In this document: piece after piece, positions 24,001-36,308 of the stretch
Layout of the letters: every line of letters begins with the position of its first letter
Position numbering within the stretch: position 1 is the stretch's first letter
DNA from: Botryllus schlosseri
Lineage: Eukaryota
Direction of reading: 5' to 3'
Length of the DNA: 64,000 nucleotides
Assembly: GCA_051294905.1 (NCBI GenBank)
Contig: CM119372.1
Span: forward strand, 37,512,001-37,576,000
Notes under the pieces: generated by a model
The model's input: the letters and a program-made list of their open reading frames with translations, nothing else
Databases searched by the model: none
What the model was told of the DNA's origin: nothing
Program-made: the position numbers and the translations under genes

Positions 24001-26999
24001 CTAGTTGCCTAAACATCAAATTTTAGTGACTGCATGTTATTATATAGGTCTGCGCACTGCGCGAGACTGGAGCTTACGGGTAAGTTCTTCGAAGCGAGAA
24101 GACTTGCATTATCGGCATTTACGATGTACTCAACCCTAATGAATTGATATTTTGGTAAATTTTGCGTAAAGGGCCTTGTAAAACGCGTTGAAACCTTAAT
24201 TGAGGATTGCACTGCGAGTTAGTTGATCAGAGAGAAGCAGACATGGCGGCGCCTTATGTCAATACTGTTCTCAAATCCACATTGTATTTTCATTATTGGC
24301 GAGAAATGGCTTTGAAGTGACACTGCTGTCGATAACATACATTCGGTTCACATATACCTAGTACCCTCTGTTACACGAAGAACACTGTTGGAAATTCGAG
24401 AGAATGGTTGTAAAAGAAGTGAATTATGACGAAGCATATAATTTATTGAAGTTTATTTGAACTTATATGGAACAGATGAATTTAACCCCACCAAAAATTG
24501 ACGTGTAAGCGTAAAGAAAATGGTAGAATTGTAGTGTAGAGTAATCTGAACTTGAGGGTATTAATGTGGTGTACGTATAACAAGGATAATTGCTAGAAAC
24601 AACCATAAATTGCCAGAAGAATAATTCGTCGGCCATTTTAAATAAAGCGGAGTTTGAGGTCGACAGCGGTAGCCTATGATTCACGGCAATCACATGTTTC
24701 AAAATAACGGTTAGCGCTTGATGCGATGCGAATTCAGGAAGTTATAAGGAGCCGAGGCCGAATCGTGACACTTAGTCATTTCTGCTCGTGCACGAAGTCG
24801 TTATAATGGGTCATTTATAATGATGAGGGAGATTAACTCGCACACGAAGCTGTGCCATTTTGGTAGCTGATAGAGCCGAAAACAATTGGTTAATGAGTAC
24901 GGCTGGTCCACGAACTGTGATTCATAAAGAATAAAGAGAGAATAACTTGTCACGAGCTAGGTCCGAAATTAATTACCAGCTATTAAGTAAAGGAAGTCTT
25001 AGTTTTTTTTGAATCAGAAACCCATATAATCCGCTGCGCAACACAGTCTAATTCAGTCCGATCTGGACTCGCAACACGGAGCAGAAGGAATTGAAGCTTA
25101 GAAAGGACACAGAAGCAAGGCGGCCATCCTTGCACCGAGGCTACGGCAAAGATCACAGCGCTGAGTTGAGTACTTTATAAATATTGCGTGTCCCATGTAG
25201 CGGTAGCTAAACGAAGTTGCAGACGTGGAAGGTTGGGGTTTTGCTCGGTTTTCTACGCGCTTGAAGTAGTGCGCACCAAGTCGCCTTGTGCTTGCGCCCT
25301 GTAAAGAGAAAATTTAGTTCACCGAATATGAGCCCGATTGTAAAAGGCCGGCCTGTGTTTTCTTATTCGATTGTCTTTGATCGTGCTGGTCCTTTCAGTT
25401 TGAATCTGAGCCCCTGGGCTCACAGATGCGAGCGGCTTATGGTAAAAGTTTCGGGGACAGCCCGTGGGCCGCATGCACCCATGCCTATGTTTCGGACGGG
25501 CCGCGGCGGAATTTGGAAATTTCAAGTGTTGAACAAAATATTTAAAGGCCACGTACCTTTTTAAATAAAAAAGGTTGAAGTTCGCTCCAAAGTTGCTGTG
25601 GAAATCCCGGCAAGTTTTGCCATAATATGGCTCTCGAAATTACAAATTGCGGTTGGCATATAGGCGATCCTGTTGGAATGTCTGAAGTACTGAGTTTTTT
25701 TTGTGTCAAACGTAAGATACTATCATAAGTAATTTGGATTTTTTTGACGATTGTGGGATTCTCGTTTATGGAGACCCGTCGAATGGGGCCCACTTGGAAT
25801 TGCTATATTGAATATCCCTATTAAAAATGCCGTGGCCCGCGGCACCCCCAAGGCTTGGGAGAGGGGCCCGCGAGCATGTCCGAATTGGAGCCTCTGGATA
25901 GAATAGGGAGGCGTGAAATGATAAAGTAATTAACTTGGTAAGGTAGGCCTTGGAGCCATGACGGCTACCGTAGGTGTGGGAAGGTGTCTGATTTAAGTGC
26001 ATGCTAATTCTAGTTTTTCTATGGCTCTTTCAAATATTTACCTCTGACAGGTACCCTGAAACGAGGGTCGTCCATCGTCGAATATTATTACCTATTCTAG
26101 AAACGTATTAGATATAAGGGGCGGCGGAATCAGGCTTAGAATTGCTGCGATAATTCCGGCACATACGAACGCGGCCGTGGACAAGGAACTCACACTACGT
26201 GGGAATTGCGATGAGATGGTATAGTTTCAAATCGGAAAATAAGCCAAGGTTGAATAAAATTTAATTCGTGTCACATTTTTTCCTAGGCTGGCAGCCTCCA
26301 GCGGGATTAGTCCCTAGATCAGAGCATCCGTCGCGGACTTGTGGACGGCGCGGGGGACGGTGTCTCTATTGCCACAGGTCCAAGATGGGCTCTGTTCCAG
26401 TAGTGATTAGATAGAGTGTAGTTAGGGTGGGATAGGTCCATTTTTAGATGATTGCTCTTTAGTAATCTTGGGCCCAAGATCCAGCACTCGTACCGATGGC
26501 AACTAAACCTTATGTGGAGTTGCTTCATGTGCCGTAGATCTCCCCGAGAAGCATTGCATAGCCCTCACGAGTCATGGCACACATCGATCGAGTCTAGACT
26601 ACGGCCTGGAAAAATTTTGTAGGAACGGAATTAGAATAGGTAGGGCGAAATCTAGAAGCGTAACGTCCTTGGTTCAAAAGGAACCCTAAAAACCCACGAG
26701 GGTGTATAGGCATAAGACCGGCCAATTCGTGGCTAGTAAGGAGGTTATGAGTGACGGTGAGGTAGTTTGTAAAATTAGCAATAATTGCACGAATTGCGAG
26801 CTTACAAGACCGGCCAGAGATTGATTAGTCTGGCCGCCTCTGTTGAGATGTGGTGACTAAAATATCAGTCCCGACGCAATATACCAGATCCACTAGTCGG
26901 TCACATTTTGGTAGGTCTTCGTACAATACTATAAATAAGCAAAATAATTTGAGATGGATTTATCAAAAGTAGAAACTTCCTACACGCTTTGCGCAACAT

Positions 27000-28191
27000 A
27001 CCGCTCGATTGCTTACCTCTAATAAGGTTACCTCTTTGTAAGAATGAAAGAAACACCTAAGGTATCAGATTGAGCCGGACTGCATTTGGCATTACGAGAT
27101 AAAATGTCCCGTGCCGTTTGCGCTCACAGAAAGATCGTCGGCTATGAAACCTAGGCATGGTTGAAGCTTTCGTTAATAAGGTGTCCAGGCGCCGAATAGT
27201 TCATCTTCGGACTGGCCCGCGACATAGCAAATAATTATCGCAAAAATGCGACATTGCCACGGTATAATAGTAACCTACATCGTCTAAATCAAATGCGTTA
27301 TGCCTACACGAGTGTATGAACTGAGAAATGAAATAGCAACTTTCCTCGAAAACACAAATATCGCCGGCGCATAGTCCCGCAATCGAAAATGGGTATCTCA
27401 TCTTGCTTTCCTGGTATATTTAACGCCACATCTGAACAAGTTTAATTTGCAACTCCAGGGGGAAAACAACTAAACGCGTGGGAGGTCGGGGCACATTTAA
27501 AACAAATCTGTAACTCTGGAAATGTAGACAGTACAAAGAAAATTGTGCTCACTTTCCTATGCTGGAGAAGGTACTGTGGTGCGACATTTAACTACTGAAT
27601 ACTCACCCGCGTTTCCGACATTCCTTCTCTACAAAATGAATTCTGACTATTCAGTGCTCTGTTTAATGCGGACGCCGATACCATTGCCTGTAAATTTCAA
27701 AAGGCCTTTCTGAAATGCGATGCAGTTGAATTGAATGACAAAATTTATACAAAGAGCTTATCGACAAAGAGTACGTTCTTGAAATTGGTCTTTATCCCAG
27801 CTTGAATAGTAATGCAAAAGGAATTGCATCAAATTTTGGAAGCTCGTACGCCTGTGAACAGTAGTTGCAAACAATAAAATTCACGAAGAGCAAGTTAAGA
27901 TCACGTATTTTTGACGTCCATTTTGAATAAGGGTCTGATTCTTGTTGCATTTGACTTGTTACCAGAAGTTGAAAACCTTTCTCAGAGCAAGCCGCGTCAA
28001 TTGTCACAATTGTTCTGGGCTGTTGAGGTGTAGAATACGTGTGTCTTCTGATGGATATGATTGGGATTGCAGCAATGTAGGATAATATACCGAAGTGAGC
28101 GTAGAATATAGTACTAGGGAAAATTTCGGCCCGCCAAAAAGTTGTACACCTGAAATTTGGCCCGCGGCTAGCAAAAGGTTGCCGACCCCTG
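27000..28191 (+). pseudogene. Decayed hAT transposase (SPIN/GTF2IRD2-like) with its right TIR
   Basis: KWVSHLAFLVYLTPHLNKFNLQLQGE near 27390-27465 and FGSSYACEQ...KSKLRSRI near 27835-27910. Ends in AAAGGTTGCCGACCCCTG. The left boundary is approximate. Confidence 0.75.
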
Positions 28192-28700
28192 CTGTAAGTA
28201 TCATTTGACTTGATTCGAGGCATTGCGACTCTGCACTTTTAGACCAAAATTTGTTGAGTCCACCATCAAAATTTATGCTGGATGGGGGAGGCAAAAAAGG
28301 GGTTGACCTGCAATGGCCTGCATTGACGATGTAATTTTCGGATCTTTATTTGGAAAAATAATACGACTTGTAATATGGGCCAAGTTTTCGTCCCGCTAGT
28401 TCACAATTGACTAACCTGAAAATATTTGCACACCCCTGATTGAGCTAGGTCAGGGCCAGCCAACCTGTGGCCGCGGGAAGGTTTTGAATGGCCCGCGACG
28501 TAATTTCTTAAATTACGAATTGTGGTCAAAAACGGATCCCACAGAATGTGATGGTTATAGCTATTCTGGAACACAGTGCAACTGTATAAAAAGTGCTAGT
28601 CGTTTTGAATTCAAATAAAGGGAACGCTGAAGGACAGAGAGGGTCCGAATTATATGACAATTGCTAAAGAAAAGAAAAACTGACTTATGGATGATATCAG

Positions 28701-29831
28701 CAGAGGTGGTCAAAGTAGTCAAGAAAGCTACTCAAGTAGGAGTAGAAGTAGCGACGGAAAAATCTACTCAAGTACAAGTAGAAGTACTTCTTCAATAAAC
28801 CACCTAAAACTACTTGAAGTAGAAGTAGAATTAACTAACTTTATATCTACTCAAGTAAGTAAGTAGTTTTGAAAACAGCCTTAATTCGTTCGCATGGACT
28901 GTCAAAAGCTGCGAATTGAGCTATGCGGCACGTGCAGGGAGCTTGATTCGTATTGATGCATCCCAGGAGGTATCAATTTTCAACATAATAAGTATTGTTT
29001 CGCATCATGGGATGCAAATTATAGTACTGATATGAAAATGCGATGCTTATCTTTTGTTTACTGGAACACCCCGTTTTTAGAGAATATCATGGGATGGCGC
29101 CCTACCCCATATTATAAGGCCACAAGTTTAGGCGAAGAGCAATACGTAGAAAATGTATCGGATACGGTTACATCACTTTGCGTGATTATTATACGTTAAT
29201 TAAAATGCAATACAAATACCACTACTAAAAAGCGGAGAATATATTTCCTGTATTTTGTCTACAAAGCTTAAAAGGTCATCTGCTAAAACAGGTGTAACGT
29301 TCAAAAAAGCTGGATTTTTCAGATCATCAAGACACGTAAGGGGCTGCTAGATTACAATATGATAGGCAATTGCTAGATCGTGAAACGGTAGTTTCAAACG
29401 TTGTGGTGGGCCATATTTACTGTGGTGAAATATTTGATAAAGACGACAATGCGGTGTGAGAGGAACCAAGCAATCCGGTACCTAAATTACATTCACTGAT
29501 ACTTTCACGAAAACATATTTGTCACTCCATTACTACTATGCGCGAAGCGCAATAAAATTCCTGGGCTTTACTTGACTCTTATGAATATTAAATGTTGGTA
29601 CTCCATGAAAACAGCTGCGGAATTCCTCAAGTTATCGTTCGTATTGGGGAATTAGACTACTTCTACTTGACAAACTGAAAATAGCGAAAAGTAAGTAAGT
29701 AGATCACAAAATATTACGAAGTAGAAGTAGAAGTAGAGAAAATCAGATCTACTTGAATAAGTACCAGTAGTAGAGGAAAACTACTTGAGTACTTCCAAAA
29801 AGTAGAAGTACTTCGTGACTGACCACCTCTG
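28701..29831 (+). mobile_element. Complete hAT-type MITE (CAGAGGTGGTCA family)
   Basis: Perfect 12-bp TIR and perfect TSD GATATCAG at 28693-28700 and 29832-29839. It sits inside another hAT remnant that begins CAGGGCCAGCCAACC at 28451. Confidence 0.93.
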
Positions 29832-30754
29832 GATATCAGTCATATTCTGTTGTAATTCGAATGGGTGATGACATATGAAATCCTTCGCGAATGTTGCCGT
29901 TTGTTCTCAAACATGCGCGATATATAGTCCTAGTCGCCATGGATGAAACAAAGAAGGCTACACCATATTAACACGTTTTATCGATAGTATTCAAAACGGA
30001 TCATGCTTAACGGTATTGATCCATATCTGCAGAAACCCGCTCGAATTATCAATACGAAAAATATGTAATTCATTTACGCGAAAATTTGAGTAGAACAGTT
30101 AGTATAGTTTAATTAAAGTCCAGAGATACTAATGTCTAGAGATATAAAAGCAGGGAATGACGAGTGCTTATGCCGCGTTTAGTCAATCAGTATTAATAAT
30201 ATTTTCATCATTTCAAAACACCACGAAACTGCGATCCAGGGCAGTCGCACTAACTATCCTGTCCCGTGTAGTAATTAACTGAGACAGATTTGGCGAGATG
30301 AAAGTGTCTAGTTGAAAGTGAGCCTGACTCCAGACAAGATTTGAATATGCCGAAAAACACCCTATTATTTCGTGTAAGCTTACATGGGCCGAACTAGGAC
30401 CAAGAATTAGTGAGGATGACAAATAATCACTAGCAGCGATAAAGTTTCCGTAGGGTATGTTGCGGCGTTGTAAATGTGTAGTATCGCAGCGCGTCAATAA
30501 ATATGTGCCGTTCGCTGTGCATATTCATGCCGACTATAAGGCGGGTGCCTTTGTACCTAGATATTCCATGGTTTTGTCAGCATTTTAGAGCATTCTTGTT
30601 TAGTGTTTTTGAGGACAATTTACCTCGCTGACGTAAGATGAAACGCACTAACTCAAAAATAGCTTCAGAAATATACCAACTTGTCGCATTAAGTAATAAC
30701 AAGGACAAAGTCAAATTGGATTTATTATTGGTACTGCAAGCAGGCGACTCGAAC

Positions 30755-30950
30755 CAGGCTTGGACAACTAAATAATTCTAGTTGTCTAATTTCACTGAAT
30801 TAGAACGAAATGCAAGTAATCTAATTCTAATCTAATTTGGATAAAGCTGCTTAGCTCTAATTCTAATTTTAACATAATTTGGAAAAGCTGTGTAGCTCTA
30901 AATCTCATCTAATTGGGAAAAGCTGAAAATTTTCCAGTTGTCCGGGTCTG
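30755..30950. mobile_element. Small MITE
   Basis: CAGGCTTGGACAACT...AGTTGTCCGGGTCTG with TSD ACTCGAAC/ACTTAAAC and internal TCTAAT/AAAGCTG repeats. Confidence 0.6.
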
Positions 30951-31230
30951 ACTTAAACAGAAAATATATTTACCTATATCTGAACGTCACAAGCGCTACT
31001 AGTCCGGCAAGGTCAATACACTCAATACCATTCTGATCAGGAAGTCAATGCCCCTGTGGAGACGCTGTAAATGGTCATGGAGCAGCGGGTCAGTTCGTTG
31101 GCTACTATGTCCATTTTGTGTTGTCACATATATCGGGCCTTGTGTCGATTTTACGTCGTAGCGCTGAAGCGCCAGTATAGTTGCCGACTATCTAATCGCA
31201 AACAACAATGTCAGCGGATTTCAAATTGCT

Positions 31231-31406
31231 ACATCGATACCTTTGGTGCTAGACCTTGGAGAAGATCGACTAATATTCCAAAAGTTTAGGGCTACTATTG
31301 TGATTAATAAACATTGATACCTTTGGTGCTAGACCTTGGAGAAGATCGACTAATATTCCAAAAGTTTAGGGCTACTATTGTGATTAATAAACATCGATAC
31401 CTTGGT
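31231..31406 (+). repeat. 80-bp tandem duplication (about 2.2 copies)
   Basis: ACAT(C/T)GATACC...GATTAATAA repeats at 31231 and 31311, with a partial third copy at 31391. Confidence 0.9.
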
Positions 31407-34099
31407 CACTAACTAGGATTAATAAAGGAGTATAATGTAACCGGAATTACTAGGCCTATAACATTAGGAATACTTCAGGCCAGTACTGCTAATATAAAGA
31501 CCTTAGAAAAGTAACCCATGGTTGAACTTATCCACACATTCGTTTTTCGAAACTGATGTGTCGATGATGGAAAATGACACTAGCCTAAAACCCGCTTTGT
31601 CCGCGTATTCACTTTACGAAGTGAATGCGCCTGACGAACGCCATTTTGTCGCATCGCAATCATTACGTGTACGAACTATGAAAGTTTACTGTATTGGCAA
31701 AAATCAATCTGCAAAAGGGTATTTTCATGTGAGGGTTTACTATGACGTATTATTGCAACGTGACGCCTATCTTTCTTATATTGTTCAAGTACTGCATTTA
31801 CCTAATCTTTGACATCTACCATCATATTCCTTTAAGATGACGCTAACATGTCTTAGATATAGGTATAAGTTATGAACATTTAATATGAGAATAGTTGGCT
31901 GTTACTGCGGTAATTTAATAGCGAATACTACAACTGTAGGTATTAATAAGGCGTCATAACTGACCCCGCCCCTATACTAGTGTCAGGACCCTTCACCCCA
32001 ACGGGACAAAAGTTTGAAAATTTGATGTGTAATGGACCATAAGACAATAGTAACATGGGTATTTAAAGACCTCTTGGGGTAACGCATTGGAGCATATGTG
32101 AGTTCGAAATTCGCGATAAGCCTAGTCTATTGCCTATGAAGCACGATATATACGAATGAATAAAAAAGCTTAAGCACACCAATACTGGAGATTAAGGAAT
32201 ATAGCATGATTACAATTGGGATATTGGTTCACATATGACTATTATAAGTGAGATGGTATCATTTTGTGCTTATCTGGGACTGTGTCGTATGCATGTTAAG
32301 TGTTAGCTATACCATCAGTTGCTTTACCAAAAATGGCGCCACCATTTTTTCATGTATGCGAGCTTTTACAGTGAGCCGAAGTATGACTGATATATGTATG
32401 CATATCTATGCCATGTATGATGTCCACATGAATTGTACAATCAGTTGTAGTATCCAATTATTGCATATAAAGACGACATCGGTGCGTCCGCTAGTTTCGG
32501 CGAACTTGTGACTCTATGCCAAGTAAATCCGCCAGTCTGAAACAGAGCCCCAAACGAAGCATCCAGTAGCAGACTATATCCAGAAAACCGGACATTGACG
32601 GAGGCATTGCGAAAGGGTTTGACGTCTTTTGAGATTGAAGGGTGATGTTCCGATGTCCCTCTGAAAAATCTTGACATGCTATTGATTGGATCGGCTGCTT
32701 GCTGCAGTTGCAAAGTATACAGAAATAAAGCAGCGCGATGAAATGGGTGCGACTGCTAACCGAAATTGCAATGTATACATAAATGAAGCAGCTCGATCAA
32801 ATTTGCTGGAATAGCTCCATAAAGCCGATGAGCTAAAGATGGAAAGAGCCAAGAACATGGAGGTATTGCATTCGGGATATCGTTACAACGAACCCTCAAC
32901 AAACCCTGCGTTCTATTGGACTTGGAATGCCCGATCTCCGAATCGACAGCACGCAAGTAGGCTACTTGATGATCCTAAGTAGTAACGACTCAAACAAGGG
33001 GTCGGTTCCTGGACTAATTGCAGTTTGATATCTGCATCTGGAAGACTGGGGAACTCTTATAAACAAGGTGGTCGGCAAATTGGTCAACTTGAACTCTGTG
33101 TGGTATTGTTTTTTTGTGGCATCGATTGGCATATTTTTTGTATATTATATGCATGTATATTGTCGGCAGGAAATACCGTCACATTTATGGTGTAAACACA
33201 CCTTGGAGTATTGAACTGTTATTAATCGTGCATGAATATGAATAGGTTAAATCTTGACTCGTGTTGTGATTGACGTATGTTCCGTGTGCCAACTTAACCG
33301 AGTTTTGCATAGATACTTCATTGCTGTCTGCATGATAATTATTGGAGTATGTTGGTTGTATTAAGCCAAGGGGCTTGTCTATTGTATGAATAGTTTGAGC
33401 CGCTGGACCTTCCAAGGTCACTGCTTCGTTCGATCAATCTACAACCAATGCTTCAATCAACGTCGACAAAACCGGGTTGTATAAGGGGTGTGGGAAAATG
33501 TGGAAAAGCCAGGAGATGGGGTTGAGCTCTGTGAAGTAAATCGAACCAAGTGTGGAATACTTGCATGGCAAGCGCCATGAAGCTACACTATAATCAAATG
33601 GAGGCACCAACTGAACTTCTTCCAGGGCTGAACGTCATTTCTTGGCAATTTCAGTGGACGGGGGAGAGTCTGAAGACGAACACATCGATTACCTCCTTAC
33701 TATCTGCGAACGCCAATCTATGAAAAGAAAGGATCGTCGAAGGATCACTACTGGGGTTTTCTGCGCCGACACGGGAAGCGTCCTCAAATTGAAAAACGTC
33801 GTAGAAACCTAAATACCCGCCAAGCTGGAAAGAGCGGCAACCTATAGACATGAAACTACGTGATATAGGTGACTCCTCCCACGTTGACTCCTTAGTAATA
33901 ATCAATTTCGACGGACTGTCGGCTCCATTTGCGATCGAGAAAGGAGACCTTTCGATATTGTAGGACTAAAATGGATTGATCATGTACAACAATTATCAAA
34001 CATAGCGACTGAATTTGAATCTCCGCCTAATGCAAACGAAGAGTTGTCTTTAGTAACGCTTCATGACGAGATCTCGTGTGATCAGCGGGACGGAACCAA

Positions 34100-36308
34100 A
34101 GTCGGAAGCAGTCTTCGCGACACTGTAACCGATGATGGGTTGATGGAAGCTGCAAATCAAATAAGCGTCGAGTCGGCACGTTGTCTGTGTCGCCGCAGGC
34201 CGTTGCCGCTGGCGCAAGTGTCGAGATGGTAATCACCACTGGCGCGAAATGTGTCGAGTCAGGAATCCCTGCTGGCACCAATCATAAATACGCCGATCTT
34301 ACGACGGCAACTGTCTTACCTTCTTTCCCAAAAGGTCAAAAAAATATGGGAAATCCCTAGTGTTGGGTCAGGTAGCCCCTGCTGGCACTAGTCGAGAAAG
34401 TGTCGGGTCAGTTAGCACTGCTGGCACTAACTAAAGATGTGTCGAGTCAGGAATCCCTGCTGGCACCATTAATGAAGACGTCGAGCGCGGAATCCCGGCT
34501 GGCGTAAATAAGGACCTGCACGAGAAAACTGGTCCTAAATGCTCTCGTGGATGCACTTGTCCGAATAACTGTAATGATTCGGCACATAGATGCATGACGA
34601 CAGCCACAGTCATGAGTACTACCCCAAAAGGTTTAAACAAAGCAGCTATTGCCGGTCAACCGGATACACGCCCGGTCATGTCCGGCAAGGAGTCTGGGGA
34701 TTTTAAGATGCACGTCTCCCCATAAACGGGCCCCGGCGGCGACCGAATCCGCCGGCGTGACGGTAGGCGTGGGCACACGCCGAGATCAGAGGTCAGATTG
34801 AATAGGTTGGGAATCCCCGCTGACAACGAAGAACCTCGCCCTCTCTCCACCAACACCAAAACCCCGTTCATCACGAGATTCGCATTGGGCCAATAACTGG
34901 CCCAATTACTATGTAGCCTAACCTTACAACAAGACACCAGTCCCAGCGTGAAGACGGAACTCGAAAGTCTCTGTGCACAATCGGTAGCACTGGCGAAACT
35001 GTCATACAAACCTCCTGACTTTTGACTGGCCTTGAAAATATCGCCATTCCTGAAGGAGTCTTGACAGCCGTTTATGATCCATTTTCTTCCGAACTTGATA
35101 GCCTGCGGGGCCAACTCAGCGCCCCCCAATCCATGAAATACCAATGCGACATCGGACGTAATGACCCATCGAATAAGCCTTTCGTTTCTGGCCCTTATAA
35201 CCCGACGCTGGAGGGTCAGGCGAAGGCACTAAAGGAAGCAATAGATATAATACCTTATTTTGGTATTATTAAACAAGGTTTTGCCGAATGAAAATTGGCT
35301 ATTTTTGTTGTTCATGAGAAAATGAATGAATTACTACAAGACAAGGCGAGTCGCACTCGATAGTAGCAAGACGGACGTCAGAGGTAAACCCCATCCCAAG
35401 AAGTGTACATGATCGCTTACTACAGTCCGACGTGGTTAACTCCAGCGGCGAAAGACTATGATCCAAGCACTGCAGCGCTGAAACATCTGGCACCCCTAAC
35501 AATACAATGACGAATGAAAGCGAGACTGGTGCAAGTAAGACGATCGAAATCGATGGCTAACAACAAGGGGGAGTATAAAACTGTCAAACCAACTGATGCG
35601 ACTTATGGGAAGCAACAGTTGCAAACTCTTCGCGCGCGAAACAAAACCGACGGAATGACGAAAATCATTGGTGAAACACCTACAACGACGCGAGTGCATC
35701 CGGTTACCACTGCGAAGGCTCTGCAGAACTCCACAGAAGACGGCAGGACCGACATCGGAACGGACTACCAAAACCCGGACCACAACCGTAAGGTAAGTAC
35801 CGAAACAACTGTTTTGTATTCAACAGGAGACGACAAAGACGACTCGTCCCCGAGGACTGTCGAACTAATGAATACTACCTTGGAGTCAACGATGGCTGGC
35901 GCATCACCTCTGCCTGGGCAGAAAAACCAAAGGTTGGGAACACCCTAACCTGGATATTCCCGACTATCAAGAACCCCCGTGGGGAAGACAACCACAGATT
36001 TCGTTGAATACAACTATACACGATGGCTGCACGAACTGGTGATGATGGAAGGTGGATATAAGGTAGGAGAATTATCCTCGATCGATAGGGTTATTATGGA
36101 AGGTGCAAAGCTGATACCTATCATGGAACCGGTGGTTGTAATATTGGTGGTAACAGGGTTGATGGCTCTGGTGATTGTGTTATGGGTAGGTTGTATAAGG
36201 TGTCGTCGACGTAGAACCTTGAATCTTCTGGGGAACACGAGGAGACGTAACGGAACAAGTCAATGGATGGCGATAAGAGTAATACGGAACACAACGGAGA
36301 ATGACTAA
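34100..36308 (+). pseudogene. Decayed ORF(s) for a type I membrane protein with a Thr/Ser/Pro-rich, repeat-containing ectodomain
   Basis: GTCGAGTCAGGAATCCCTGCTGGCAC (VESGIPAGT) repeats at about 34250-34510 and 34810, a Thr-rich frame at 35514-35948, and a hydrophobic segment VVVILVVTGLMALVIVLWVGCI followed by RCRRRR. Confidence 0.5.

Noticed and set aside
31231..31406. 80-bp direct repeats as a CRISPR array
   Set aside because: These are head-to-tail duplications with no unique spacers, no cas genes are present, and the context is eukaryotic.
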